Shown here piece by piece: positions 37,262 through 47,259 of a DNA stretch of 64,000 nucleotides; within the stretch, counting starts at the first letter, position 1; each line of letters begins with the position of its first letter. Under the pieces are notes generated by a model. It searched no databases. It had not been told where the DNA came from and saw nothing but the letters and a program-made list of their open reading frames with translations. Made by a program: the position numbers and the translations under genes. Origin of the DNA: Candidatus Desulfaltia sp. Its GTDB lineage: Bacteria; Acidobacteriota; Aminicenantia; Aminicenantales; UBA8522. The DNA is taken from positions 3,812-67,811 of the forward strand of contig DATKXS010000151.1 in NCBI GenBank assembly GCA_035528895.1, read 5' to 3'.

Positions 37262-38941
37262 ATGAAAAAACGAACGCCGGTCCTGCTGGCCTTTCTGGCC
37301 GCGGCAGCGGCCCTAACGGCCTGTCACGGGGCGAGAGCCATGGCTGACCTCGTCCTGAAGGACGGCCGGGTGTGGACGGGTGAGAGCCCGCGCCCCTGGG
37401 CCGAGTCGATTGCCGTACGAGGCGAGAGAATCGTCGCGGTCGGGAGTTCCAAGGAAATCGGTCGGCTGATCGGTCGAGACACCCGCGTTCTTGATCTCGC
37501 GGGGAACCTCGTTCTCCCGGGGTTCATCGACAGTCACACCCATTTCCTCGACGGCGGACTGGCTCTGCTCAACATCCGGCTGCGGGAGGCCAAGAGCCGG
37601 GAGGAGTTTGTGGCCCGGGTTCGGGACAAGGCCAAGGAGTTGCCCAAGGGAGAGTGGATCCTCAACGGCGACTGGGACCAGCAGCAGTTCGACCCCCCGG
37701 AACTTCCGCGGCGGGAGTGGATCGACGAGGTGACTCCCGGCCATCCTGTTTGTGTAAACCGGCATGACGGCCATATGGTCCTGGTCAACTCCCTGGCCTT
37801 AAAAATCGCCGGAATCACCGCCGTCACACCCTCTCCTCCAGGGGGGGAGATCGTTAAGGATTCGAGGACGGGAGAGCCGACGGGCATCCTCAAGGACGCG
37901 GCCATAGAGCTCGTGACCAAATATATTCCCGCACCGAGTTCCGAAACCCGGCTGAAGGCGGCTGAAGCGGCCCTCCGCCTCGCCGCCGAGAATGGCGTCA
38001 CTTCGACACATGACATGGCCTATGACACCGGCCATTTTGCTGTTTATCAGGAGCTGCTCAAGGCGGGCAAGCTCACCTGCCGGATCTTTCTGTATATTCC
38101 GATCAGCGAAGTGGCCATCTATTCGCGACTCTCCCTGAAGACGCCTTTCGGGAACGACTACCTGAAGATCGGCGGGCTCAAGGGATTCGTCGACGGTTCG
38201 CTGGGTTCATCGACGGCGCTCTTCTTTGAACCGTACGCCGATAATCCGCAGACTTCGGGGCTGTTCCACTCCGACATGTTTCCCCCGGGCGTCATGGAAC
38301 AGAGGTTCCAGGCCGCGGACGCGGCGGGTCTCCAGGTGGCCGTCCATGCCATCGGGGACAGGGCCAATGCGATCCTCCTCGATCTCTACGAAAAGACGAT
38401 CACCCGGAACGGGCCGAGGGACAGGCGCTGGCGGGTCGAGCATGCCCAGCACCTGCGGCCCCAGGACATGGAGCGGATGGCGAGACTGGGTGTCATCGCC
38501 TCCGTCCAGCCCTATCATGCGATCGATGACGGCCGCTGGGCCGAGCGCAAGATCGGGCCGGACCGCTGCCGGACCACCTATGCATTCCGTTCGCTTCTCG
38601 ACCAGGGGGTGAAGCTGGCCGCTGGATCCGATTGGACGGTCGCTCCCCTCGACCCCCTGGCCGGGATCTATGCCGCCGTCACCCGGCGGACAACCGATGG
38701 GAAGCACCCCGAGGGCTGGTATCCGGAACAGAAAATTTCCCTCGAGGAGGCCCTCCGAACCTACACAACGAACGGCGCATTCGCCGAGTTCGCCGAAACG
38801 GTAAAAGGAAAGATCAGCGTGGGCTACCTGGCCGATCTCGTCGTCCTGGACCGGAATATATTCGAGATACCTCCGCAAGAGATCATCGAGGCGCGGGTCC
38901 GGACGACGATCGTCGGCGGCCGGATCGTCTATCAGGATTGA
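37262..38941 (+). CDS. Amidohydrolase-family (Amidohydro_3-like) metal-dependent hydrolase, lipoprotein
   Basis: Lipoprotein-type signal (LLAFLAAAAALTAC). N-terminal beta-sandwich VLKDGRVWTG...ERIVAVG, then an HxH metal site (FIDSHTHF), and further down HAIGD... and AAGSDW (metal-ligating Asp region). Confidence 0.75.
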   Translation: MKKRTPVLLAFLAAAAALTACHGARAMADLVLKDGRVWTGESPRPWAESIAVRGERIVAVGSSKEIGRLIGRDTRVLDLAGNLVLPGFIDSHTHFLDGGLALLNIRLREAKSREEFVARVRDKAKELPKGEWILNGDWDQQQFDPPELPRREWIDEVTPGHPVCVNRHDGHMVLVNSLALKIAGITAVTPSPPGGEIVKDSRTGEPTGILKDAAIELVTKYIPAPSSETRLKAAEAALRLAAENGVTSTHDMAYDTGHFAVYQELLKAGKLTCRIFLYIPISEVAIYSRLSLKTPFGNDYLKIGGLKGFVDGSLGSSTALFFEPYADNPQTSGLFHSDMFPPGVMEQRFQAADAAGLQVAVHAIGDRANAILLDLYEKTITRNGPRDRRWRVEHAQHLRPQDMERMARLGVIASVQPYHAIDDGRWAERKIGPDRCRTTYAFRSLLDQGVKLAAGSDWTVAPLDPLAGIYAAVTRRTTDGKHPEGWYPEQKISLEEALRTYTTNGAFAEFAETVKGKISVGYLADLVVLDRNIFEIPPQEIIEARVRTTIVGGRIVYQD

Positions 38942-38976
38942 GAGGAATATTTTTTAAATATATGATCTTTTTCATG

Positions 38977-39093
38977 AGCGCAGGGGGCCGCCCTGAAGCC
39001 CCCGTAGCGGAGGGGGGACCCATCGGCTTCTCCGATGGGGGGAACCGACGGGACTGGTTCCCGGGGTGCGGGGGCCGAGGGCGGCCCCCTGCG
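38977..39093. repeat. 117-bp GC-rich element bounded by perfect 16-bp inverted repeats with two internal hairpins
   Basis: gcgcagggggccgccc (38977-38992) is the exact reverse complement of gggcggccccctgcgc (39078-39093). Inside are cccatcgg-cttct-ccgatggg (39018-39038) and ggaacc-gacgggact-ggttcc (39040-39060). It lies in the 256-bp gap between the amidohydrolase gene and ald. Confidence 0.5.
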
Positions 39094-39197
39094 CCCATCG
39101 GGATCACCCAAACGGGAAGACTTGCGCCAGGAGATGAGTTGTTGTCCAAAGAATTCTATTCTGGTAATATATCTTCTTTTTTTTCGAGGAGGATGCG

Positions 39198-40310
39198 ATG
39201 AATATCGGCGTGATCAACGAAAGTGCGAAAATTGAGAACCGGGTCGGCCTGAACCCGAGCGGTGTGTCCTTTCTCCTGGAGAAAAAACACACGGTCTACG
39301 TCCAGGCCGGAGCAGGACTGAAAGCGGGGTACACCAACGAGGATTACACGGCTCAGGGGGCGAACATCGTCTTCACCAAAGAGGAAGTCTTCGGGCGGTC
39401 CGATATCGTCATCAATATCTCTCCCCTCAGCCAGGAGGAGTGCCGGCTGGTCAAGGCCGATCAGATCCTGCTCGGCTTTCATCATCTGGCCATCGCCAGG
39501 AAGGCGATCGTCGAAGAGCTCCTCCAAAAAAACGTTTGCATGATCGGCTACGAGATCATCCAGGACGAGGACGATGTCCTGCCGTTCTATGAGACCTTGA
39601 GCGAGATCGCCGGGCAGATGTGCCTGGCGATCGCCGGCCACTACCTCCAGACCAACCAGGGCGGCCGGGGGATGATCCTGGGCGGTGTCGTCAGCGTTCC
39701 GCCGGCGACGGTGGTGATCATCGGCAGCGGCGTCCTGGCCCGGAGCGCCACCCGGGCGATGCTCGGTGCCGGCGCCCAGACGATCGTCGTCGGCCACAAC
39801 ATGGAGAGGCTGAGAAAGATCGAAGAGATGACCGCCGGGCGCGTCATCACCCTGATGGGGAGCAAATACAACCTGGCCCGGATGACCAAGGTCGCCGATA
39901 TCCTCATCGGCGCCGTTCTCCGTCCGGGGGAGCGAGCCCCCGTCATGATCACGCGCGAGATGGTCAAGACAATGAGGAAGGGTTCGGTCATCATCGACAT
40001 GGCCATCGATAACGGCGGCTGCATCGAGTCCAGCCGATTGACCACCCTCGAGCATCCGACCTACGTTGACGAGGGAGTGATCCACTACTGTGTCCCCAAC
40101 ATCACTTCCTCGGTCAGCCGCACATCCACGAAAGTCCTCTCCAACCTCGCCGTCCACTACCTGCATGCCATCGGCGAGCTCGGGATCGATCAGGCCATCA
40201 AGACCAATCCCACCCTGGCCCGGGGCGTTTACATGTGCCGGGGCCATATCGCCAAAAAGAATATTGCTGAACGTTTCGGGCTGAGCTATCGAGACGTTTT
40301 CTTGGCTTGA
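39198..40310 (+). CDS. ald: Alanine dehydrogenase
   Basis: 370 aa. AlaDH/PNT N-terminal and NAD-binding domains (VVIIGSGVLARSA = GxGxxG/A). Overall length and motifs match Ald. Confidence 0.8.
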   Translation: MNIGVINESAKIENRVGLNPSGVSFLLEKKHTVYVQAGAGLKAGYTNEDYTAQGANIVFTKEEVFGRSDIVINISPLSQEECRLVKADQILLGFHHLAIARKAIVEELLQKNVCMIGYEIIQDEDDVLPFYETLSEIAGQMCLAIAGHYLQTNQGGRGMILGGVVSVPPATVVIIGSGVLARSATRAMLGAGAQTIVVGHNMERLRKIEEMTAGRVITLMGSKYNLARMTKVADILIGAVLRPGERAPVMITREMVKTMRKGSVIIDMAIDNGGCIESSRLTTLEHPTYVDEGVIHYCVPNITSSVSRTSTKVLSNLAVHYLHAIGELGIDQAIKTNPTLARGVYMCRGHIAKKNIAERFGLSYRDVFLA

Positions 40311-40332
40311 AGAACGCCGGAGCGGGCAGGAA

Positions 40333-40779
40333 ATGGACGAGCTGTTGAGGGAATTCGGTCGGGAACAGAAAGACCTGATCCATATCCTTCACAAGGTGCA
40401 GGCCGAATACGGCTACATCCCTGCTCCGGCCATCCGGCGGATCGCCGAACATCTGAGCATCACCGCGAGTGATGTTTTCGGAGTGCTGACGTTCTATAAG
40501 GCCTTTCGGCTGCAGCCCCCCGGCAAATACACGGTGACGGCTTGCCAGGGTACGTCCTGCTATGTCCGCGGCGGCGACGCGGTCTTCGCCGAGATCAAGA
40601 CGCAGCTCGGGATCGAGGCCGGCGAGACCACGGCCGACCGGATGTTCTCGCTGGAGACGGTCAATTGCTTCGGCTGTTGCGCCGTCGGGCCGACCGTGGT
40701 CGTCAACGGCACCTACCATTCCCAGGTCCAGGTTGCTGGTGTGTGTCCCCTCCTGGCCGGATACAGGAGTCGGAAGTAG
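40333..40779 (+). CDS. NuoE-like [2Fe-2S] thioredoxin-fold subunit (24-kDa family; HndA/HydC-like)
   Basis: Cys motif CQGTSCYVRG...VNCFGCCAVGP typical of NuoE/HoxF N-terminal [2Fe-2S]. Confidence 0.8.
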   Translation: MDELLREFGREQKDLIHILHKVQAEYGYIPAPAIRRIAEHLSITASDVFGVLTFYKAFRLQPPGKYTVTACQGTSCYVRGGDAVFAEIKTQLGIEAGETTADRMFSLETVNCFGCCAVGPTVVVNGTYHSQVQVAGVCPLLAGYRSRK

Positions 40780-40785
40780 GGTGTC

Positions 40786-42507
40786 ATGAAGAGGCTCACC
40801 GATCCTTCCCAGCTGGCGGCCTGGAAAGCGCATCTGGGCGAGGAACGCCCCGCCCGCCGGAAAACCGTTGTCGTTTCCAACGGGACCTGCGGCCAGGCCA
40901 GCGGGTCGCCGGCCATCATCGAAGCCTTCGGCCGGGAGATCGGAAAGCGAGGCCTCCAAGCGACCGTCGGGTTGGAGGTCACGGGGTGTCATGGATTCTG
41001 CGAGCGCGAACCCAACGTCGTCATCTCTCCCGACGGGATCTTCTATGGTCCGCTTGAACCCGGCGATATCCCCAAGATCGTGGACCAGACCATTCTCAAG
41101 AACAGGGTGATCGACGCCCTCGTCTACAAAGATCCCAAGACCGGCCGCACCTTCGGGCTCCAGAAGGAGATCCCCTTTTATCGAAAGCAGATGCGGCTGC
41201 TGACCGGGGACAACCAGCGTCTCAACCCCACCCGGATTGAGGACTATATTCTCGCGGATGGGTATCAGGCTTTGACCAAGGCCCTCTTCGATATGACGGC
41301 CGAGGAGGTCATCCACGAGATCGACGCCTCCGGTCTGCGGGGCAGGGGAGGGGCCGGTTTTCCCACCGGGAAGAAATGGCAGTTCTGTCGCAATGAGATC
41401 GCCGACCGCCGCTATATTATCTGCAATGCCGATGAAGGGAATCCGGGGACCTACATGGACCGCAGCATCCTGGTCGCCAATCCCCACAGTGTTATCGAGG
41501 GGATGATCATCGGCGCCTATGCCATCGGCGCGGCCGAAGGCTACATCTATGTCCGGATGGAAGCGCCGCATGCCGTCAAGCACGTGACCATCGCCCGAGA
41601 CCTGGCCAGGAAGCACGGCCTGCTCGGGAAGTCCATCCTTGGGTCGGAGTTTCACTTCGACCTCCATATCGTCGAGGGAGCGGGTGCCTTTGTCTGCGGG
41701 GAGGAAACTTCGTTGATGACCTCGATCGAGGGTTATCGAGCCGTCTCCCGGCAGCGCCCCCCGTTCCCGGCCCAGTCCGGCCTGTGGGGCAAGCCGACCA
41801 ACATCAACAATGTCGAGACCTGGGCCAACGTTCCCCTGATCATCAAGCAGGGCGCCGAGTGGTACAGCCGGATCGGCACGGCCAAAAGCAAGGGCACGAA
41901 AATCTTTTCCCTCGTGGGCAAGATCAGGAACGGCGGCCAGGTCGAAGTGCCCATGGGCATCACGCTGCGCGAGATCATCTATGATATCGGCGGCGGTATC
42001 AAGGACAGGAAAAAATTCAAGGCCGTCCAAACAGGCGGTCCGGCAGGAGGATTCCTGCCCGCCGAGTTTCTAGACCTGGCCATCGACTACGACAGCCTCG
42101 TCCAGGCGGGGTCCACCATGGGCTCGGGAGGGATGATCGTCCTGGACGAGACGACCTGTATGGTCGACCTTGCCCGTCATTACATGCACTTCACTCAAGA
42201 GGAGTCCTGCGGGAAGTGCGTGCCCTGCCGGGTGGGGAATAAACAGATCCACGATATCCTGGTCCGGATCACGCGCGGAGAGGGAGAAGAGGAGGACCTT
42301 GGGCAGCTCGAAGAACTGGCCGAGGCCGTCAAGGAAGCCTCGCTCTGCGGGCTCGGGCAGTCGGCTCCCAATCCCGTGCTTTCCACACTCCGCCATTTCC
42401 GGGACGAGTACCTCGAGCACATCAAACACAAAAGGTGCCCCGCTCAGGTCTGCCGGGAACTCGTCTCATCGTCCCATCAGGAGGCCCGGAAGCGAAAACA
42501 TGGTTAA
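40786..42507 (+). CDS. NuoF-like NAD(H)-binding FMN/[4Fe-4S] subunit with N-terminal thioredoxin-like extension (HndC/HydB-like)
   Basis: GRGGAGFPTGKKW (NADH/FMN site), a C-terminal 4Fe-4S Cys cluster (ESCGKCVPCR...C), and an N-terminal extra [2Fe-2S]-type domain (NGTCGQASGS). Confidence 0.85.
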   Translation: MKRLTDPSQLAAWKAHLGEERPARRKTVVVSNGTCGQASGSPAIIEAFGREIGKRGLQATVGLEVTGCHGFCEREPNVVISPDGIFYGPLEPGDIPKIVDQTILKNRVIDALVYKDPKTGRTFGLQKEIPFYRKQMRLLTGDNQRLNPTRIEDYILADGYQALTKALFDMTAEEVIHEIDASGLRGRGGAGFPTGKKWQFCRNEIADRRYIICNADEGNPGTYMDRSILVANPHSVIEGMIIGAYAIGAAEGYIYVRMEAPHAVKHVTIARDLARKHGLLGKSILGSEFHFDLHIVEGAGAFVCGEETSLMTSIEGYRAVSRQRPPFPAQSGLWGKPTNINNVETWANVPLIIKQGAEWYSRIGTAKSKGTKIFSLVGKIRNGGQVEVPMGITLREIIYDIGGGIKDRKKFKAVQTGGPAGGFLPAEFLDLAIDYDSLVQAGSTMGSGGMIVLDETTCMVDLARHYMHFTQEESCGKCVPCRVGNKQIHDILVRITRGEGEEEDLGQLEELAEAVKEASLCGLGQSAPNPVLSTLRHFRDEYLEHIKHKRCPAQVCRELVSSSHQEARKRKHG

Positions 42508-44848
42508 GTTAAAGATCAACGGCCGGGATATCGCCGCCGCCCCCGGCTCGACCGTGCTCGAAGCGGCTCAAGCCCACGGGATTAGAATCCCCAACCTGTG
42601 TGCTTCCAAGGGCCTGACTTCCTATGGAGGGTGCCGGCTCTGCCTCGTCGAGATCAAGGGCAAGAGGGGCTATCTCCCGGCCTGCTGCACCGTAGTCGAG
42701 GAGGGCCTCGAGGTCACGACCGAAACACCCCGGCTGCAATCGCTCCGCCGACAAACCTTGGAGCTCATCCTCTCGGAACACCCTCACGCCTGTTTGATCT
42801 GTTCGGAGAAGAAAGACTGCGAGGAATACAAATCCACCATCCGCAAGGTCGGAGAGGTGACGGGATGCGTGCTCTGTTCGGAGAACGGCCGCTGTGAGCT
42901 TCAGGATGTCGTCACCGAGCTCAAGGTCGAGAGGGTTCGCTGGCCGGCCTCGTACCGGGATTTCGAGGTGCGCCGGGAAGATCCTTTTTTCGACCGGAAC
43001 TATAATCTGTGCATTCTCTGCGCGCGCTGCGTGAGGGTATGCAGCGAGGTGAGAGGAGCGGCGGCGATATCGGTCGTCTTTCGCGGCCCTGGGGCGGTCG
43101 TCGGAACGTCCCTGGACCGGCCGCTCGTCGATTCCGGCTGTCAGTTCTGCGGGGCCTGCGTCGATGTCTGCCCGACCGGTTCCCTCACCGAGCGCGGCTT
43201 GAAGGGCGAAGGCCTCCCCGACGAGAGCCGCGAGACCGTCTGTCCCCTCTGCAGCCTCGGGTGTGCTCTCGAGGTCGACCTGAAGAACGGACGGATCGTC
43301 AGCTCTCGTCCTCAAGAGGACGCTCCGGTCAACGGCGGACAGGCCTGTGTCAAGGGGCGGTTTGTCGTCCGGGACACTGTCCATGCTCCGAAGCGGATTC
43401 TCCGGCCGATGGTCCGCCGACAGGGGAAGCTTGTCGAGGTGGGCTGGGACGAGGCCCTGGACTTTGTCGCCCTGAGGCTGAAGAAAGAAATAGATAAAGA
43501 GCCCGCCATGGTCGTCTCTTCTCAGCTGGCTCTGGAAGACCAATACATCGCTCAGAAGTTCGCCCGTGAGGTCCTGCGAACCGACCCGTGGGTCGATTTC
43601 CCACGGCTATCAGTGCCGTCGCTTTTCCGGGCGGAACTTCAAAAACAGGAGATATCTCTTCCTCTCAATTTTGAAGCGAGGGCCCTCTCCGCAGCCGGGA
43701 CCATCATGATCGCCGGCGCCGATATCGTCCTGTCCCATCCGATCCTCTGGCTCGAGGTCCTCAAAGCCGTCCGCCAAGGCGCCAGGCTCCTTGTCTGGAA
43801 TTCTGCGGTGACGGTCCTCGGCCGCAGGGCGACAGTCTCTCTGCGGACGAAACCGGGAAGTGAACTGGCGGTCCTTGTCTATCTCTGCCGCCAGCTTCTT
43901 GAGCAACGGCCGTTGGACAAGTGGTCAGCCATCCCCGCTGGGGAAGAGTTGAAAACTTCCCTGGAGAGCGCCGGCCAGGCGATCCTCACTTCCTCCGTCG
44001 GACTCGAAACAGAAGAGCTCCTCTCCGCAGTCCGTCTTCTCAAGGAGGCTGGGCCCGCGGTCTTTCTGATCGGACCCGGGCTGGTCCAGGGGCCGGAGGC
44101 TCCCCGCCTCGTCCAAATGCTCTGGAATCTCGCCCTTCTGGGCGAGGCCAGAGTCATTCCACTGGCCGCCGAGAACAACGAACGAGGTGTCATCGAGCTC
44201 TGGCCGTCGGGGTCTTTGAACGGAGCGTTCAGGGCCCGGGTCATCGACGGCCTCGAAAAGGGCCGGAGCCGGGCTCTCTACCTGGCCGGAAATCTTCCTG
44301 AGCTGGGACAAACGAAGGCCCCGGACTTCTTGATCGTCCAGGGCTGCTACCAGGGCGCCGCCGGCGAGCCGGCCGAAGTCCTCTTGCCTGCCGTCACCTG
44401 GGCCGAGACCGATGGTACCTTCATCAATGCCGAAGGGCGAATCCAGAGATTCAGGAGGCTGATCGATCCCCTCGGAGAGTCCAGGCAGGATTGGTGGATT
44501 TTCTGCCGTCTTGCCGAGAAGATGGGAAACAAGGATTTCCCTTTTCAGAGCCCGGCCGAGATCGCCGAGGAAATAAGTCAGGCCAGACCGTCGCTCCACG
44601 AAGTCTCAACCCATCATCTCAAGAGAGGACGGCCGGCTTTCGTTGTCGAAGACAGCCAATCCTCTCCCCGGTTCATTCCTCTCACCTCCGCAGAGGGAAA
44701 AACCGAAATCTCTGAGGGGATTCCCGTGTCAGCGGAGCTGGAGGATGTCCCGGATTATTACCGCGGTCTGGACCTCCGTGAGGAGGTCAAGGGCCTCAAG
44801 ATACTGAGAGAGAGAGACAAGGCCCGGGACGAAAAACAGGAGAAATAG
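42500..44848 (+). CDS. NuoG-like Fe-S/molybdopterin-oxidoreductase-fold subunit (N-terminal [2Fe-2S] and [4Fe-4S] clusters plus a shortened Mo-bisPGD-type domain)
   Basis: MVKLKINGRDI...GGCRLC (2Fe-2S), HPHACLICSEKKDCE, CQFCGACVDVCPTG (4Fe-4S), then CPLCSLGCAL...GGQACVKGRF (the MopB N-terminal cluster). No [FeFe]-hydrogenase H-cluster motifs and no in-frame TGA. The start overlaps the NuoF-like stop by 8 nt. Confidence 0.65.
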   Translation: MVKLKINGRDIAAAPGSTVLEAAQAHGIRIPNLCASKGLTSYGGCRLCLVEIKGKRGYLPACCTVVEEGLEVTTETPRLQSLRRQTLELILSEHPHACLICSEKKDCEEYKSTIRKVGEVTGCVLCSENGRCELQDVVTELKVERVRWPASYRDFEVRREDPFFDRNYNLCILCARCVRVCSEVRGAAAISVVFRGPGAVVGTSLDRPLVDSGCQFCGACVDVCPTGSLTERGLKGEGLPDESRETVCPLCSLGCALEVDLKNGRIVSSRPQEDAPVNGGQACVKGRFVVRDTVHAPKRILRPMVRRQGKLVEVGWDEALDFVALRLKKEIDKEPAMVVSSQLALEDQYIAQKFAREVLRTDPWVDFPRLSVPSLFRAELQKQEISLPLNFEARALSAAGTIMIAGADIVLSHPILWLEVLKAVRQGARLLVWNSAVTVLGRRATVSLRTKPGSELAVLVYLCRQLLEQRPLDKWSAIPAGEELKTSLESAGQAILTSSVGLETEELLSAVRLLKEAGPAVFLIGPGLVQGPEAPRLVQMLWNLALLGEARVIPLAAENNERGVIELWPSGSLNGAFRARVIDGLEKGRSRALYLAGNLPELGQTKAPDFLIVQGCYQGAAGEPAEVLLPAVTWAETDGTFINAEGRIQRFRRLIDPLGESRQDWWIFCRLAEKMGNKDFPFQSPAEIAEEISQARPSLHEVSTHHLKRGRPAFVVEDSQSSPRFIPLTSAEGKTEISEGIPVSAELEDVPDYYRGLDLREEVKGLKILRERDKARDEKQEK

Positions 44849-44861
44849 CGAGAGAGTCATC

Positions 44862-45695
44862 ATGGCCAAGATACTGCGCCGAGAGCGGCTGGTGCCCAAT
44901 ATCCATCTGCTCGAAGTCCACGCTCCAGAAGTAGCCCGCAAGAGCCGCCCCGGCCAATTCGTCATCGTCATGCCCGATGAACGCGGAGAGAGGATCCCGC
45001 TGACGATTGCAGACTGGGATACGAAGCGGGGATCGGTCACTTCGGTCTTCATGCTGGTCGGCACGAGCACCCAGAAATTGTCGCTGCTCAAGGCCGGCGA
45101 CGATATCCCCGTTTATGTCGGTCCGCTCGGCCGGTCTTCAGAGATCCAGAATTTCGGGACCGTGGTTTGCGCGGGCGGGTGCTTCGGCATCGCGGCCATC
45201 TATCCTATCGCCCGGGCCCTGAAGCAAGCCGGGAACCGCGTGCTCACCCTGATCGATGTCAAGGCCAGCTATCTCTTCTACTGGGAGGACAAGCTCAGGA
45301 AGGTCAGCGACGAGCTCTTCGTCTCGGCGCGGGACAAACACTATGACTCCAAAGAATACATCCCGTATAAGCTCGATGCTCTGCTCAAGGAGGAAAAGAA
45401 GGTCGCCCGTGTCGTGGCCATCGGCTGTACCTATCTGATGTACCGCTGCGCCGAGGCGACCCGGGCGGCCGGCGTGAAGACCATGGTCAGCCTCAACCCG
45501 ATCATGGTCGACGGGACGGGGATGTGCGGGGCCTGCCGTGTGACCGCGGGAGGAAAAACCAAATTTGCCTGCGTGGATGGCCCGGATTTCGATGGACACA
45601 CCATCGACTGGCAGGAGCTCTTCTCCCGCCGCAAATCCTATTTTGACGATGAGGTGAGGTCGCTGTGCGCTTGGGAAAAGGAGCGCTTTTCATGA
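44862..45695 (+). CDS. NfnA/SudB-like FAD-[2Fe-2S] oxidoreductase subunit (PyrK-family)
   Basis: 277 aa. FAD/NAD-binding ferredoxin-reductase fold, with a C-terminal Cys cluster (MCGACRV...FACVDGP) as in NfnA and the sulfide dehydrogenase beta subunit. Confidence 0.7.
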   Translation: MAKILRRERLVPNIHLLEVHAPEVARKSRPGQFVIVMPDERGERIPLTIADWDTKRGSVTSVFMLVGTSTQKLSLLKAGDDIPVYVGPLGRSSEIQNFGTVVCAGGCFGIAAIYPIARALKQAGNRVLTLIDVKASYLFYWEDKLRKVSDELFVSARDKHYDSKEYIPYKLDALLKEEKKVARVVAIGCTYLMYRCAEATRAAGVKTMVSLNPIMVDGTGMCGACRVTAGGKTKFACVDGPDFDGHTIDWQELFSRRKSYFDDEVRSLCAWEKERFS

Positions 45696-45723
45696 GCGGG
45701 ACCGAGCGCGCTGAGAGTGGGAG

Positions 45724-47226
45724 ATGACGGAAAAATCGGTGATCGCGCCCGAGCTCAAGCAAAGGCTCAAGGCCGAGTATGACAAGGACTGGCGGAAAGA
45801 GTTACGGAAGTCTGTGCCGGTCAAGGAAAGGATGAAGATCCTCCGGCAGAAAATGCCCGAGCGCGAAGCCGGGGAGAGGAACTGCGACTTCGGCGAGGTC
45901 AACAAGGGATTGGAATTCGAGGCGGCCGTCCGTGAGGCCCAGCGGTGCTGGGACTGCGCCAATCCCGGGTGTGTGGCCGGCTGTCCGGTGTCCATCGACA
46001 TCCCCAGCTTCATCAAGCTCATCGAGAAGCGCAACCTCTCGGCCAGCATCCGGAAGATCAAGGAGACCAACAGCCTGCCGGCCATCTGCGGCCGGGTCTG
46101 TCCTCAGGAGACTCAGTGCGAGGCCGTCTGCAACCTCAAGAAGGCCACCGGCGTTCCGGTCGCCATCGGCAACCTGGAGAGGTTCATTTCGGATTTCGAG
46201 CGCCGGGAAGGAGAGGTGTTCATCCCCGATCTCCCTGCTTCGACGAGAAAGAAGGTCGCCGTCATCGGCGCCGGCCCGGCCGGCCTGACGGCCGCCGGCG
46301 AATTGGTCAAGAAGGGCCACGGGGTCACCATTTTCGAAGCGCTCCACATCCCCGGCGGTGTGCTCGTTTACGGGATACCCGAGTTCCGGCTTCCCAAGAA
46401 CATTCTTAAAGCGGAGGTCGATTATCTGCAGAAACTGGGCGTCGAGCTGAGGCTGAACTTCGTCGTCGGCAAGACGGCCACGCTGGAAGACTTGAAGAAG
46501 GACGGCTATGACGCCTTTTTCATCGGGACCGGGGCCGGCCTGCCGAACTTCATGCGCATCCCAGGTGAGAATCTGGTCGGCGTCTACTCGGCCAACGAGT
46601 ACTTGACCCGGGTGAACCTGATGCGGGCCTATGATTTTCCCGCCTACGACACTCCCGTCGTCCGGGGCAAGCGCGCGGCCGTTATCGGCGGCGGCAACGT
46701 GGCCATGGACTCCGTCCGGACGGCCAAACGCCTCGGGGCGGAATCGGCGGCCATCATCTATCGCCGCTCCCGCCAGGAGATGCCGGCCCGGGAGGAGGAG
46801 GTCAAGCACGCCGAGGAAGAGGGCATCGAATTCCATCTGCTGACGACACCGGTCCGTTACCTCGGCGACGAGAACGGCCGGGTCAAGGCCATGGAGTGCC
46901 TGAAGATGGAGTTGGGCGAGCCGGACTCTTCGGGGCGGCGCAAGCCGATTCCCGTCCCCGGCTCGGAGTTCGTCACCGAGGTGGACCTGGTCGTTGTGGC
47001 CATCGGCCAAAGCCCTAATCCCCTGATGGCCCAGACGACACCCGAGCTTCGTGTCGGCAAGTGGGGTAACCTGGAAGTGGACTGGCAGACAATGGCCACG
47101 ACCATCTCCGGGGTGTTCGCGGGGGGAGATATCGTCCGGGGCGGGGCGACGGTCATCCTGGCAATGGGCGATGGCCGGCTGGCCGCCGAAGCGATCGATC
47201 ACTACCTGAGAAACGGCCAAAAATAG
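45724..47226 (+). CDS. NfnB/GltD-like NADPH-dependent FAD/[4Fe-4S] oxidoreductase subunit
   Basis: 500 aa. N-terminal Cys clusters (CWDCANPGCVAGCP, CGRVCPQETQCEAVC), two Rossmann motifs (VAVIGAGPAGL, AAVIGGGNVAMD) and the GltD-like C-terminus GDIVRG. Confidence 0.8.
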   Translation: MTEKSVIAPELKQRLKAEYDKDWRKELRKSVPVKERMKILRQKMPEREAGERNCDFGEVNKGLEFEAAVREAQRCWDCANPGCVAGCPVSIDIPSFIKLIEKRNLSASIRKIKETNSLPAICGRVCPQETQCEAVCNLKKATGVPVAIGNLERFISDFERREGEVFIPDLPASTRKKVAVIGAGPAGLTAAGELVKKGHGVTIFEALHIPGGVLVYGIPEFRLPKNILKAEVDYLQKLGVELRLNFVVGKTATLEDLKKDGYDAFFIGTGAGLPNFMRIPGENLVGVYSANEYLTRVNLMRAYDFPAYDTPVVRGKRAAVIGGGNVAMDSVRTAKRLGAESAAIIYRRSRQEMPAREEEVKHAEEEGIEFHLLTTPVRYLGDENGRVKAMECLKMELGEPDSSGRRKPIPVPGSEFVTEVDLVVVAIGQSPNPLMAQTTPELRVGKWGNLEVDWQTMATTISGVFAGGDIVRGGATVILAMGDGRLAAEAIDHYLRNGQK

Positions 47227-47259
47227 GACCTTTGGATTTGGAGCGAACGGAGGAATCAG

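Noticed and set aside
39156-42030. Long minus-strand ORFs (363 aa and 610 aa) across ald and nuoE/F-like genes
   Set aside because: They lie antisense to genes with strong motifs and have no recognisable features.
42500-44848. Possibility that the NuoG-like ORF is an [FeFe]-hydrogenase HydA or a selenocysteine formate dehydrogenase
   Set aside because: No H-cluster motifs (TSCCPxW, MPCxxK, ExMxCxxGCxxGG) are present. The ORF is uninterrupted, so there is no in-frame TGA, and the domain after the MopB N-terminal cluster is too short for a full Fdh catalytic subunit.
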